Source: Candidatus Omnitrophota bacterium (GTDB taxonomy: Bacteria; Omnitrophota; Gorgyraeia; 2-01-FULL-45-10). Taken from it: DNA of 64,000 bases. Location: assembly GCA_020057115.1 (NCBI GenBank), contig JAGVGJ010000032.1, positions 23,722 through 87,721 on the forward strand, given 5' to 3'. Under the pieces are notes generated by a model. The model made no database searches. It worked only from the letters and a program-made list of their open reading frames with translations, and was not told the DNA's origin. Every line of letters starts with the position of its first letter. Positions within the stretch are counted from its first letter, which is position 1. The position numbers and the translations under genes are program-made. This document shows, piece after piece, positions 55,965-64,000 of the stretch.

Positions 55965-56967
55965 CAGACTTTCCTTTCTTAGTTAACGCGTAAATAAAAA
56001 AGCTGCCCCCCAATATGCCGGTAATTACACCGACCGGTAGCTCGGAAGGTGCGACGATTATCCTAGCCAGAGTATCACAGAAGATCAGAAAACACGCTCC
56101 GCCTAAAAATGAACCCGCCAGAAGGGCTCTGTGATCAGAGCCTATGAACATACGCACGAGATGTGGAATGATCAGGCCGACAAAACCGATGATCCCTCCT
56201 ACGGAAACAGCACATCCGGTAAGGAGCGATGCCAGAACAAAAAGCACTCTTTTCGCTCTTTCCGTATTTATGCCTAGATGCGTGGCTTCCTCTTCTCCCA
56301 GACGTAACGCGTTTAGGTCTTTCCAGAAGATATATGACAAAGCCAGCCCTGCCAAAGATGTAAATAGCATTACCTTGATAAGGAACCAGCTTGGCTCTTC
56401 CAATGAACCCATTATCCAGAAGACAATCCCATGGAGATCCTCCGTACGGGAAACGGCCATGATAAGCATTATAAAAGACGACGATATGAAGCTTATCATA
56501 ACACCGGTCAAGAGCAGACCCTGTATCTTTAGCGTCTTCTTTCTGATGTTAATAACGTATATAATCGAAATAACAATAGCCGCCCCAATGAAACCCGCAA
56601 ACGGCAATGTCAGTAACCCCATCGACCGATATATCCGTAAGATGATCGCCAGGCTGACTCCCAGCGCCGCGCCGCCGGAAATACCCATCGTATAAGGTTC
56701 GACTAGCGGGTTTCGGAAGAGTCCCTGCAGGATAACTCCGGCCAGACTCAAAGCTCCGCCGATGGCAAAACCCAGAATGATACGCGGAAGGCGAATGTCA
56801 AAAAGAATGCTATATTCCGTAGTATTATGACCGGCGATAATGGCATGCAATGATCTTTTGACTGATAGAGCGGTGGAGCCCAGGCACAATGACATCGCCG
56901 CTATCAGGAGAAGCGCTCCTACTAATATCATTACCCGCGCTGCCCGGGGCATTGTCCTATTACTCAT
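55957..56967 (-). CDS. btuC: corrinoid ABC permease (FecCD family)
   Basis: IRLPR, FRNPL, IGFVGL..PH, ELPVG. Confidence 0.88.
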   Translation of the reverse strand: MSNRTMPRAARVMILVGALLLIAAMSLCLGSTALSVKRSLHAIIAGHNTTEYSILFDIRLPRIILGFAIGGALSLAGVILQGLFRNPLVEPYTMGISGGAALGVSLAIILRIYRSMGLLTLPFAGFIGAAIVISIIYVINIRKKTLKIQGLLLTGVMISFISSSFIMLIMAVSRTEDLHGIVFWIMGSLEEPSWFLIKVMLFTSLAGLALSYIFWKDLNALRLGEEEATHLGINTERAKRVLFVLASLLTGCAVSVGGIIGFVGLIIPHLVRMFIGSDHRALLAGSFLGGACFLIFCDTLARIIVAPSELPVGVITGILGGSFFIYALTKKGKSVV

Positions 56968-57830
56968 TTATTCTTCTCCGATAACTCCGGATGGAGCAGA
57001 GCGCTTATCTCTTCCAGACTTTTGACAAAAGTGACGGGGGTAGGGCCGCATATCTTCTGCGAACTGATGATATAGATCCTATCGTGTTTCACGGCATTCA
57101 GCGTTTTAAGCTTTTGCCACGCTTCTCTTTCCGCCTCGCCCGCAAAACCCATCGTCACGATCAGTATTACATCCGCATCTCTTCTCAAAACCTCTTCCTT
57201 ACTATAACTACCGATTTTGGAGCCTTCAGCGATGTTCTCTCCGCCAGCCAGTTTCACAAAATCGTTTATTATGTAGTCGCTGTTAGCTGTAAAGAGAGGC
57301 TTCGCCCCGATCTCGATAAAAACTTTTGGCTTAACGAGCATGGCTGTCCTGGACTTAATGTCTGCGACCTTCTCTTTCGCCGCCTTAACTATCTCCCGTG
57401 CCTGAAGCTCTTGCCCCACAGCTATGCCTAATTCCAGAAACTGATCGCATAGAATGGTAAAATTCTTTGGTGCCGGGAATATTCTTACATCTATTCCCAG
57501 GTCTCTAAGCTTTTGGATAGTCTTAGGATTTGTAAGAGATGTCGCCAGCACCAAGTCGGGTTTTAATGCTACGATCTTCTCCAGGTCCACTTTAGTCAAA
57601 GAGCCGATCTTTTCTTTATAGCGCGCCGCGGGCGGAGTCACGCAGTAGGTGGTATCGCCGACAAGCTTATCCTCCGCTCCCAGCAGATACAGCTCCTCGG
57701 TCGTTGACGGCGCAAGAGAGATTATCCGCTTTGGATGATTTTCAGACGCGTACAGATCGTTGATAGGCATGGCCTGAAGCATGGCCGCAGCAAACAGGAT
57801 CGACGCGAGGAGAGGCCCGCGTCTTTTCAT
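56964..57830 (-). CDS. btuF: corrinoid-binding periplasmic protein
   Basis: Signal peptide, RIISLAPSTTE, LKPDLV. Confidence 0.88.
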   Translation of the reverse strand: MKRRGPLLASILFAAAMLQAMPINDLYASENHPKRIISLAPSTTEELYLLGAEDKLVGDTTYCVTPPAARYKEKIGSLTKVDLEKIVALKPDLVLATSLTNPKTIQKLRDLGIDVRIFPAPKNFTILCDQFLELGIAVGQELQAREIVKAAKEKVADIKSRTAMLVKPKVFIEIGAKPLFTANSDYIINDFVKLAGGENIAEGSKIGSYSKEEVLRRDADVILIVTMGFAGEAEREAWQKLKTLNAVKHDRIYIISSQKICGPTPVTFVKSLEEISALLHPELSEKNK

Positions 57831-58477
57831 TACATAACCTCCAAAAACCATCGACCATCCCGCAACGTCTTGTTGCCTTTCTTGAATTTGACCTTTTCCT
57901 TAAAGAGCGGGCCATCATAGGTGAATGTATGGAACTCGCCTTTTTCTCCGCACAGATCAACATTTCCTATGGCGCTCAAATCTTTTATGAATTTGTCGTC
58001 AATTTCGCGGCCCAACCATTCTTCTCCGAGGATATCGTTTCTCGTCGATACTACGATTGACTTAAATCCAGAATCGATTATATCCCTAATCAACTTTTCG
58101 GTATCATTTGTCCATACCGGCAAAATCGCTCCTACCTTCAATTCGCCGCATACCTTATCTATCCAATCCCTATGTTCCTGTAAATAAATATCCCCAAAAA
58201 CAATGCCTTCTATACCTTCTTTCGTTTTCAGCTCTTCAATTAATACTTTAAATTCATCCGTGTAGCCTTTCCGGGGCATGGCTTTTTGTAAGAGAGGAAT
58301 ACCAATCAGGTTTGCCTGTCTTCGGATGATATCGGCTGATAAACCATGAGATACGGAATCGCTCCCATCAGAGTTTGTAAAATTAACCACCGAAACTATT
58401 TGATAACCTTGTTGCTTCGCCTTATAACAGGCAAAACAACTGTCTTTCCCGCCGCTCCATAAAGAAACTACTTTCAT
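57830..58477 (-). CDS. DUF71 / diphthine-ammonia-ligase-like PP-loop ATPase
   Basis: WSGGKDS, FGDI, CGEKGEFHT..YDGPLF. Confidence 0.88.
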   Translation of the reverse strand: MKVVSLWSGGKDSCFACYKAKQQGYQIVSVVNFTNSDGSDSVSHGLSADIIRRQANLIGIPLLQKAMPRKGYTDEFKVLIEELKTKEGIEGIVFGDIYLQEHRDWIDKVCGELKVGAILPVWTNDTEKLIRDIIDSGFKSIVVSTRNDILGEEWLGREIDDKFIKDLSAIGNVDLCGEKGEFHTFTYDGPLFKEKVKFKKGNKTLRDGRWFLEVM

Positions 58478-58491
58478 AAAAACTCTCCTTT

Positions 58492-59442
58492 CTATATCAA
58501 CCAGAATAAAACCGCTCCTGTAATCACAAACAAAGCGGATGTAATATAAGCTATCTTAATGGCCTCCTTGATATGTAATTTATTTAAATGATTGGAATCA
58601 TCTCCTATATACGGTTTCTGAACCGCTATAGAATCGTAACAGTTCAATCCCCCGAGCCGCACTCCAAGGGCGCCGGCGACCGCCGCTTCCGGAATACCAC
58701 TATTGGGGCTGGCATTCTTGCGCCCGTCGCGTATCGCGATATTCCATGTCTTGACCGGATCATGGCCGCTTACCCAGCCTGCCATTACCAGAAATACCAC
58801 TGATAGCCTGGCAGGTATATAATTGGCGGCATCGTCTATCTTCGCGGCAGCCCGGCCGAAATGTATATACCGTTTATTTTTATAGCCGACCATGGAATCG
58901 AGCGTATTAACGGCTTTATACGCCATAGCAAGTGGAGCACCGCCCAAAAGAGCGTAGAAGAGGGGCGATATTATGCCGTCAACGATATTCTCGGCGACCG
59001 TCTCTACCGTAGCCCTTACTATCTCCCTCTCGTCCAGATTCGCCGTATCTCTGCCCACTATTCTGGAGAGCGATGTCCTGGCCTTATTCAGATCTCCTTC
59101 ATTTAATGCATTGAAGACCGCCAGGCTTTCCACGCCCAGGTCCTTCACCGATAGTGACGTATAAATAATTATCGTCGAGATAAGAACTCCGAGATAATTA
59201 TTAAACGAATATGCCGCCTGCGTTATCGCGAACGTTATTAGCCAGGCCGTAGCTATTATCGTGATGGCGAAAAGAGCGCTGGAGGCGCGTTCATTCTTGA
59301 TGACAGACCTGAACGGCCCTTCCAATTTCCCGATAAGCCAGCCGATCCCTCTTACCGGATGCGGAAATGTAGGCGGATCGCCGAAGATTAGATCCAATAG
59401 ATATGCGGCGAGAATACAGACGATCCGCATCCTAATCTCCAT
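58492..59442 (-). CDS. cbiB: adenosylcobinamide-phosphate synthase
   Basis: GDP...HPV, IVGRDT, YKAVNTLDSMVGY, SPNSG. Confidence 0.95.
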   Translation of the reverse strand: MEIRMRIVCILAAYLLDLIFGDPPTFPHPVRGIGWLIGKLEGPFRSVIKNERASSALFAITIIATAWLITFAITQAAYSFNNYLGVLISTIIIYTSLSVKDLGVESLAVFNALNEGDLNKARTSLSRIVGRDTANLDEREIVRATVETVAENIVDGIISPLFYALLGGAPLAMAYKAVNTLDSMVGYKNKRYIHFGRAAAKIDDAANYIPARLSVVFLVMAGWVSGHDPVKTWNIAIRDGRKNASPNSGIPEAAVAGALGVRLGGLNCYDSIAVQKPYIGDDSNHLNKLHIKEAIKIAYITSALFVITGAVLFWLI

Positions 59443-60958
59443 TCTTTATTATCTTATAGAGGCATTTCATGTCTATGTTCTTCCGGACAAGGCCGGCTAA
59501 CTTATCCAGCTCATGATCGGGATCGAAGCTGGCTTTATTAACCAGGGGAGCCCAGCATTTTTTAGCCCTTATCCTGTTCAAAAGATCTCTTCTGAATGCA
59601 TTTGCGTCAAATATGCCATGTATGTATGTTCCAAATAACCTGTCATCCATCGCTATTATGCCATCGGTATCCCGGACAGCTTTCCCCTTTCGCTCTATTA
59701 TGTTGAAAGCCGGACTATGTTTTCCGGTATTCCTCGATCTGCCATGATGTATCTCATAGCCTGATACATCCAGCCCCGAGGACGCCTCTTTTGCCTTAAC
59801 CTGCGAAAGGACCTTATCTCTACCGAAGACCGTCTCCATCTTCAGCATCCCTAATCCGTTCGTCTCTTTTTGAGACGATTCGGTTCGATGCGGATCACGT
59901 ATCCTAGTCCCAAGCATCTGGAACCCTCCACATATCCCCATCAATATGGGTAATGCGTCTTTCCCCATAAGGCCGATTATCTTTTTCGCGAGTCCCGACT
60001 CCTTAAGATATCGCAGGTCATTTACCGTATTCTTCGTCCCCGGAATTATAATAATATCCGGTCTGTTTAATGCCTCAGGGTTTTTTATATAGCGCAAATT
60101 TACATCCGGCTCCTTCTCCAGCGCGTCAAAATCTGTAAAATTAGAGATATGCGGAAGATATATCACGTCAATGTTCAGCTTTCGCCGACCGGCTCTATCC
60201 GACCCTTTAAAATTATCCAGAGGCACCGAGTCTTCCTCTGATATTCTTATGCCACTGCGGCCCGATGGGTGAAAATACGGGATGACCCCGAGGACTTTTA
60301 TGCCCGTTCTCTTTTCCAGGAAATCTATGCCGGGCTTAAGGAGCTTGATGTCTCCCCTGAATTTATTTATTATAAATCCTTTTATCTGTTCCCTCTCTTC
60401 GCGCTCCAGGAGCTCGAGCGTCCCGACAAGCGACGCGAAGACACCGCCTTTATCAATATCACCGACTAAGACAACAGGCGCGCCGGCGTAGCGAGCCATT
60501 TTGAGGTTAACGATATCGTGCGCTTTTAAATTTATCTCGGCAGGGCTTCCGGCACCCTCCATCACTATCAGCTCATATTTTTTACGAAGCCTGTCGAACG
60601 AGCCGAAGACCTCTTTGGACAGTCGTTTCTTATGCCGTATATAACGCAGTGCGCTCATATTCGCTATAGGCTTTCCATGAACTATCACCTGCGCGTGCTT
60701 GTCCGCTGTGGGTTTCATCAATATAGGGTTCATGTCGACATGCGGCTCGATCCGGCAAGCCTCGGCCTGGAAGGCCTGTGCCCGGCCTATCTCGCCACCT
60801 TCTTTGGTAACAAAAGAATTAAGAGCCATGTTCTGCGCTTTGAACGGGCAGACTTTATGTCCGTCCTGTAAAAAGATCCTGCACAAGGCGCTAACTATAA
60901 CGCTCTTGCCTACGCCTGAGCCTGTTCCGCAGATATGCACTGTTTTCGCGCGGTTCAT
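59432..60958 (-). CDS. cobQ: cobyric acid synthase
   Basis: PFKAQNMALNS, EGAGSPAEINL, ISNFTD, GICGGFQMLG, GYEIH. Confidence 0.96.
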   Translation of the reverse strand: MNRAKTVHICGTGSGVGKSVIVSALCRIFLQDGHKVCPFKAQNMALNSFVTKEGGEIGRAQAFQAEACRIEPHVDMNPILMKPTADKHAQVIVHGKPIANMSALRYIRHKKRLSKEVFGSFDRLRKKYELIVMEGAGSPAEINLKAHDIVNLKMARYAGAPVVLVGDIDKGGVFASLVGTLELLEREEREQIKGFIINKFRGDIKLLKPGIDFLEKRTGIKVLGVIPYFHPSGRSGIRISEEDSVPLDNFKGSDRAGRRKLNIDVIYLPHISNFTDFDALEKEPDVNLRYIKNPEALNRPDIIIIPGTKNTVNDLRYLKESGLAKKIIGLMGKDALPILMGICGGFQMLGTRIRDPHRTESSQKETNGLGMLKMETVFGRDKVLSQVKAKEASSGLDVSGYEIHHGRSRNTGKHSPAFNIIERKGKAVRDTDGIIAMDDRLFGTYIHGIFDANAFRRDLLNRIRAKKCWAPLVNKASFDPDHELDKLAGLVRKNIDMKCLYKIIKNGD

Positions 60959-62013
60959 TTAAAGACCTTTTCGATGCTTTTTATCAACCGATCGTTATCA
61001 TCTCTCTTCCTTACCGCTACACGAAAAAACTTATCGCCCAATCCCCTGAAATTCCCGCAATCGCGGATATAGATGCCTTCACGCAATAACCGCCGCGTCA
61101 GTTCACTGGCGCCGCGGATAGGGGCCTTTTCGAGTTTACAAAGAATAAAATTCGCCGACGGCGGATAGGCCTTTAATCCTTTTATATTGCTCAGTCTTTC
61201 GGCCATATATTGCCGTTCTCTGGATACAAATAGCCTCGTCCGGTCCACATACGCCCTATCAGCTATGATCGTTTCGCCCGCGATCTGCGCCGGACCGTTT
61301 ACGTTCCACGGGTATTGAAGTTTAGTGATTTTGTCAACCGTATCTCTGCGCCCTATAACGTATCCAAGCCTTAATCCCGGTATTGCAAATAATTTGGTAA
61401 GCGACCTTATAATAACCACCGATCCGTTATTAACCGCCTCCGATATGACTGCCTTGCTCTTCGCTTGCCCGGTAAATCCGATGAACGCTTCATCGAGCAC
61501 CAGAAAGCCTCTACGCTTCTTCAAGAAACGGGACAGATATACTACATCGTCACTATGCAACAAGGTACCGGTTGGATTATTCGGGTTACATAAAAATAAG
61601 GCGTCGTGGCGCGGCAGACATTTTGCCAGCTTGCCGCAATCGACCTTAAAGTTATCTTTTTCGGAGGTATTGAAAAACGCTGGTCTCGAGCCATTAGATC
61701 TGACGGCGAATTCATACTCGCTAAATGTCGGCGTAATGATGAGCGGCTTTCTTATTTTAAAAGCTCTGGGGATAAGATAAATGAGCTCTATTGAACCGTT
61801 GCCTACAGCGATATTCTCAGGAGTTACGTCGTCCGATATCGATATCTTCCTTCTCAACCGGTCCGATGACGGGTCCGGATACCGCAGGACGAAATCAGTC
61901 TTTTTTGAAATGATATCCACCAACCCTTCGGGCAAACCCAATGGATTTGTGTTCACGCTGAAGTCTATGATCTCTCGCCTCGAACAATTCCCGCCATGGA
62001 TTCGATCTATCAT
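60955..62013 (-). CDS. cobD: L-threonine-O-3-phosphate decarboxylase
   Basis: HGG, DFSVNTNPLG, CNPNNPTG, RSLTK...PGLRLGY. Confidence 0.92.
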   Translation of the reverse strand: MIDRIHGGNCSRREIIDFSVNTNPLGLPEGLVDIISKKTDFVLRYPDPSSDRLRRKISISDDVTPENIAVGNGSIELIYLIPRAFKIRKPLIITPTFSEYEFAVRSNGSRPAFFNTSEKDNFKVDCGKLAKCLPRHDALFLCNPNNPTGTLLHSDDVVYLSRFLKKRRGFLVLDEAFIGFTGQAKSKAVISEAVNNGSVVIIRSLTKLFAIPGLRLGYVIGRRDTVDKITKLQYPWNVNGPAQIAGETIIADRAYVDRTRLFVSRERQYMAERLSNIKGLKAYPPSANFILCKLEKAPIRGASELTRRLLREGIYIRDCGNFRGLGDKFFRVAVRKRDDNDRLIKSIEKVFK

Positions 62014-62753
62014 ATTCTATAACCCAATAATATTAAGCTAAATAGAAGCGACGCGGCCTCGGCTATTTCATTGGCGGCGCCTACTGTGTCTCCTGTCATA
62101 CCACCGATCTTTTTCTTCGCGTATCGTATGAATACAGAGACCACTGCCAACATGATAACGAACAGGATGACGCCTCTTATGCCGATGAGGAACCAATTCA
62201 GAAGAAGCGTAAATACGGCCCCGATGAAGATATCGCCCTTCTTCGCGTATTCTATAAAATATTTCGCCTTGCCCTCACCCCGCGCATATTTGGATGTAGC
62301 GCAAGCGAACGTTTGAGACCATCTGGCAAATACTACCGCTATTATTAAAACCTTCCACAGGTCTTCCGGGCGGATACTTGAGAGTATGGCAAATTTAAAG
62401 AGCAGGATGAGCGCGACGCCCACGGCGCCCATAGTACCAACGCGGCTATCCCGCATTATTCTTAAAATATCTTCCTTGGGGCGGTTTCCGTAAAAACCAT
62501 CGCAGGTATCCGCAAATCCGTCTAAATGTATGCCGCCTGTTATAACGACCCATGCAATAAGGATCAGGGCGCTTGTAACAAGCGGTGGAATAGGCGCTGA
62601 AAAATATGCTATGCCGGCCAGAAAAAGGCCTATTAAGAGACCCGCTATCGGGAAATAAATAAGAGATCTCCCGAGATCGTTATCGTCAACCTTTCCCTTA
62701 ATTTTGAAAGGGATGATCGTTAAGAACTGTAAAGCGACTAGAAGTCTTTTCAT
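62010..62753 (-). CDS. cobS: adenosylcobinamide-GDP ribazoletransferase
   Basis: TGGIHLDGFADTCDG, IMRDSRVG, GGMTGD. Confidence 0.95.
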   Translation of the reverse strand: MKRLLVALQFLTIIPFKIKGKVDDNDLGRSLIYFPIAGLLIGLFLAGIAYFSAPIPPLVTSALILIAWVVITGGIHLDGFADTCDGFYGNRPKEDILRIMRDSRVGTMGAVGVALILLFKFAILSSIRPEDLWKVLIIAVVFARWSQTFACATSKYARGEGKAKYFIEYAKKGDIFIGAVFTLLLNWFLIGIRGVILFVIMLAVVSVFIRYAKKKIGGMTGDTVGAANEIAEAASLLFSLILLGYRI

Positions 62754-63808
62754 TCGCCCTTTTCGGAAACACCGGCGCTTTCGAACGTCGCCATCTCGTT
62801 CAATATCTTAGTGCCTGCCTCTATTATGCCCATGGCTAATGCGGCGCCTGTTCCTTCCCCCAGCCTTAAATTCAGGTCAAGTATAGGCTTAAGCCCTAAA
62901 AACGCGAGCGCCGCCTTATGGCCTTGCTCGACTGAGCAATGAGCGGCTATCATGTAATCTCTGACTTTCGGCTCCAATGTGTATGCTATCACCGCGGCCG
63001 CCCCGGAAATGAATCCGTCTATAACTACCGGGATCCTGTGCGCCGCGGCTGCCAGTATTACTCCGGCCAGGCCGCCTATCTCAAATCCGCCAACCTTAGA
63101 CAGGATATCTATTCCGTCTTTTGGGTTCGGCTTATTTACTTTCAAAGCCTCTTTGATAGCGGCGATCTTACCGGCCAGGGTTTTGTCATCTATGCCCGTG
63201 CCTCTACCCGTCACCTCTTCCACATTCCGGCCGGTTATGACGGCGACGATAGCGCTCGAAGGAGTCGTGTTCCCGATGCCCATATCACCCGTGCCAACTA
63301 TATCTATTCCAGCCGACAGCGCCTCATTGAATGCCTCTATGCCGTTCTCGACGGACTTAATAGCCTCGTCCTTCGACATCGCGGGTCCTTTTGCCATATT
63401 CTTCGTGCCATAATTGACTTTCTTTATCACAAGCTCCGGATTACTGTTAAGATCACACGCAACTCCCATATCGACGATAACTACCCTTGCGCCTACGTGC
63501 CTTGCGAGAACGTTTATCCCCGCCCCGCCATTTAAGAAATTGTAGACCATCTGAGGGGTCACTTCCTGCGGGAAAGCGCTTACATTATTCGCGACAACGC
63601 CATGATCACCGGCCATCGTGAATATAACTTTGTGTTTTAGCTCTGGTTTCTTGACCTTTGTTATTTCGACGATCTGCTTGGCTAAATCTTCCAATCTTCC
63701 AAGGCTCCCCTGCGGCTTCGTCAGATTGTCGAGCCTCTTCTGCGTTTCCCCTGATAACGAATTGTCTATTTTTCCGATCTTTGATATCGTTTCGTTCAAT
63801 AACTTCAT
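62750..63808 (-). CDS. cobT: nicotinate-nucleotide--DMB phosphoribosyltransferase
   Basis: LTKPQGSLGRLE, GDMGIGNTT, LRLGEGTGA. Confidence 0.96.
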   Translation of the reverse strand: MKLLNETISKIGKIDNSLSGETQKRLDNLTKPQGSLGRLEDLAKQIVEITKVKKPELKHKVIFTMAGDHGVVANNVSAFPQEVTPQMVYNFLNGGAGINVLARHVGARVVIVDMGVACDLNSNPELVIKKVNYGTKNMAKGPAMSKDEAIKSVENGIEAFNEALSAGIDIVGTGDMGIGNTTPSSAIVAVITGRNVEEVTGRGTGIDDKTLAGKIAAIKEALKVNKPNPKDGIDILSKVGGFEIGGLAGVILAAAAHRIPVVIDGFISGAAAVIAYTLEPKVRDYMIAAHCSVEQGHKAALAFLGLKPILDLNLRLGEGTGAALAMGIIEAGTKILNEMATFESAGVSEKGE

Positions 63809-63819
63809 ATGCCCGCCTA

Positions 63820-63874
63820 TTTTATGCTTCGACTTCGCTCAGCATAAAACCCTGAGCCTGTCGAAGGGTTTTAT
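63820..63874. repeat. REP-like double-hairpin insertion at the cobU 3' end
   Basis: TTTTAT-GCTTCGACTTCGCTCAGC-ATAAAA-CCCTGAGCCTGTCGAAGGG-TTTTAT. Confidence 0.7.
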
Positions 63875-64000
63875 TTTAACTGGTATCCCAGCCTTCATCA
63901 TGATAACCTCATCAGCTTTGGCCGCTATTATCTGATTTGCCAGGCCGACCAGATCGCGGAATCGCCTCGACAGCGGATCGCCCGGAACTATCCCTTCGCC
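63839..64000 (-). CDS. cobU: adenosylcobinamide kinase/guanylyltransferase, C-terminal part
   Basis: Manual translation GEGIVPGDPLSRRFRDLVGLANQIIAAKADEVIIMKAGIP... Confidence 0.9.
   Translation of the reverse strand, partial: GEGIVPGDPLSRRFRDLVGLANQIIAAKADEVIMMKAGIPVKIKPFDRLRVLC

Noticed and set aside
60250-60272. Possible short in-frame insertion in cobQ (HPSGRSG)
   Set aside because: It falls in a variable linker and cannot be judged without an alignment
627-63935. All plus-strand ORFs in the track
   Set aside because: They are antisense shadows of well-supported minus-strand genes or tRNAs and show no recognisable motifs
1-64000. Complete minus-strand coding bias
   Set aside because: Consistent with ordinary operon and replication co-orientation; not informative without the origin position

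Overview
A 64 kb bacterial chromosomal window with every supported gene on the minus strand. The 3673-aa secreted-type giant protein and the gene mix suggest Candidatus Omnitrophota (PVC group); this is inference. From low to high coordinates it holds four blocks. (1) An accessory region (about 0.4-21.6 kb) built around three tRNA-Ser genes downstream of serS, carrying an Rh-type ammonium channel, a radical SAM enzyme, two Fic proteins, a GH5, the giant kinase/phosphatase/zincin-like protein and an HTH-MNT/HEPN toxin-antitoxin pair, with a recurring tRNA-3'-end/hairpin element and tRNA fragments at the cassette borders. (2) serS, rtcB-archease, superoxide reductase, tex and a full pho/pst locus with Pho boxes. 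(3) A sulfur cluster (Rrf2, cysH, PiT/CysP, two cysK, siroheme genes, small sulfite reductase, thiESGHF). (4) A corrinoid uptake/salvage cluster with a cobalamin riboswitch in front of btuB. The strongest candidate novelties are a Cys/Met-rich leader peptide with terminator and antiterminator ahead of cysH, integrase-less cassettes anchored at tRNA-Ser 3' ends, the repeated HExxE modules of the giant protein, and two PstB subunits with complementary motif loss. All calls were made by eye; no searches or folding programs were run.
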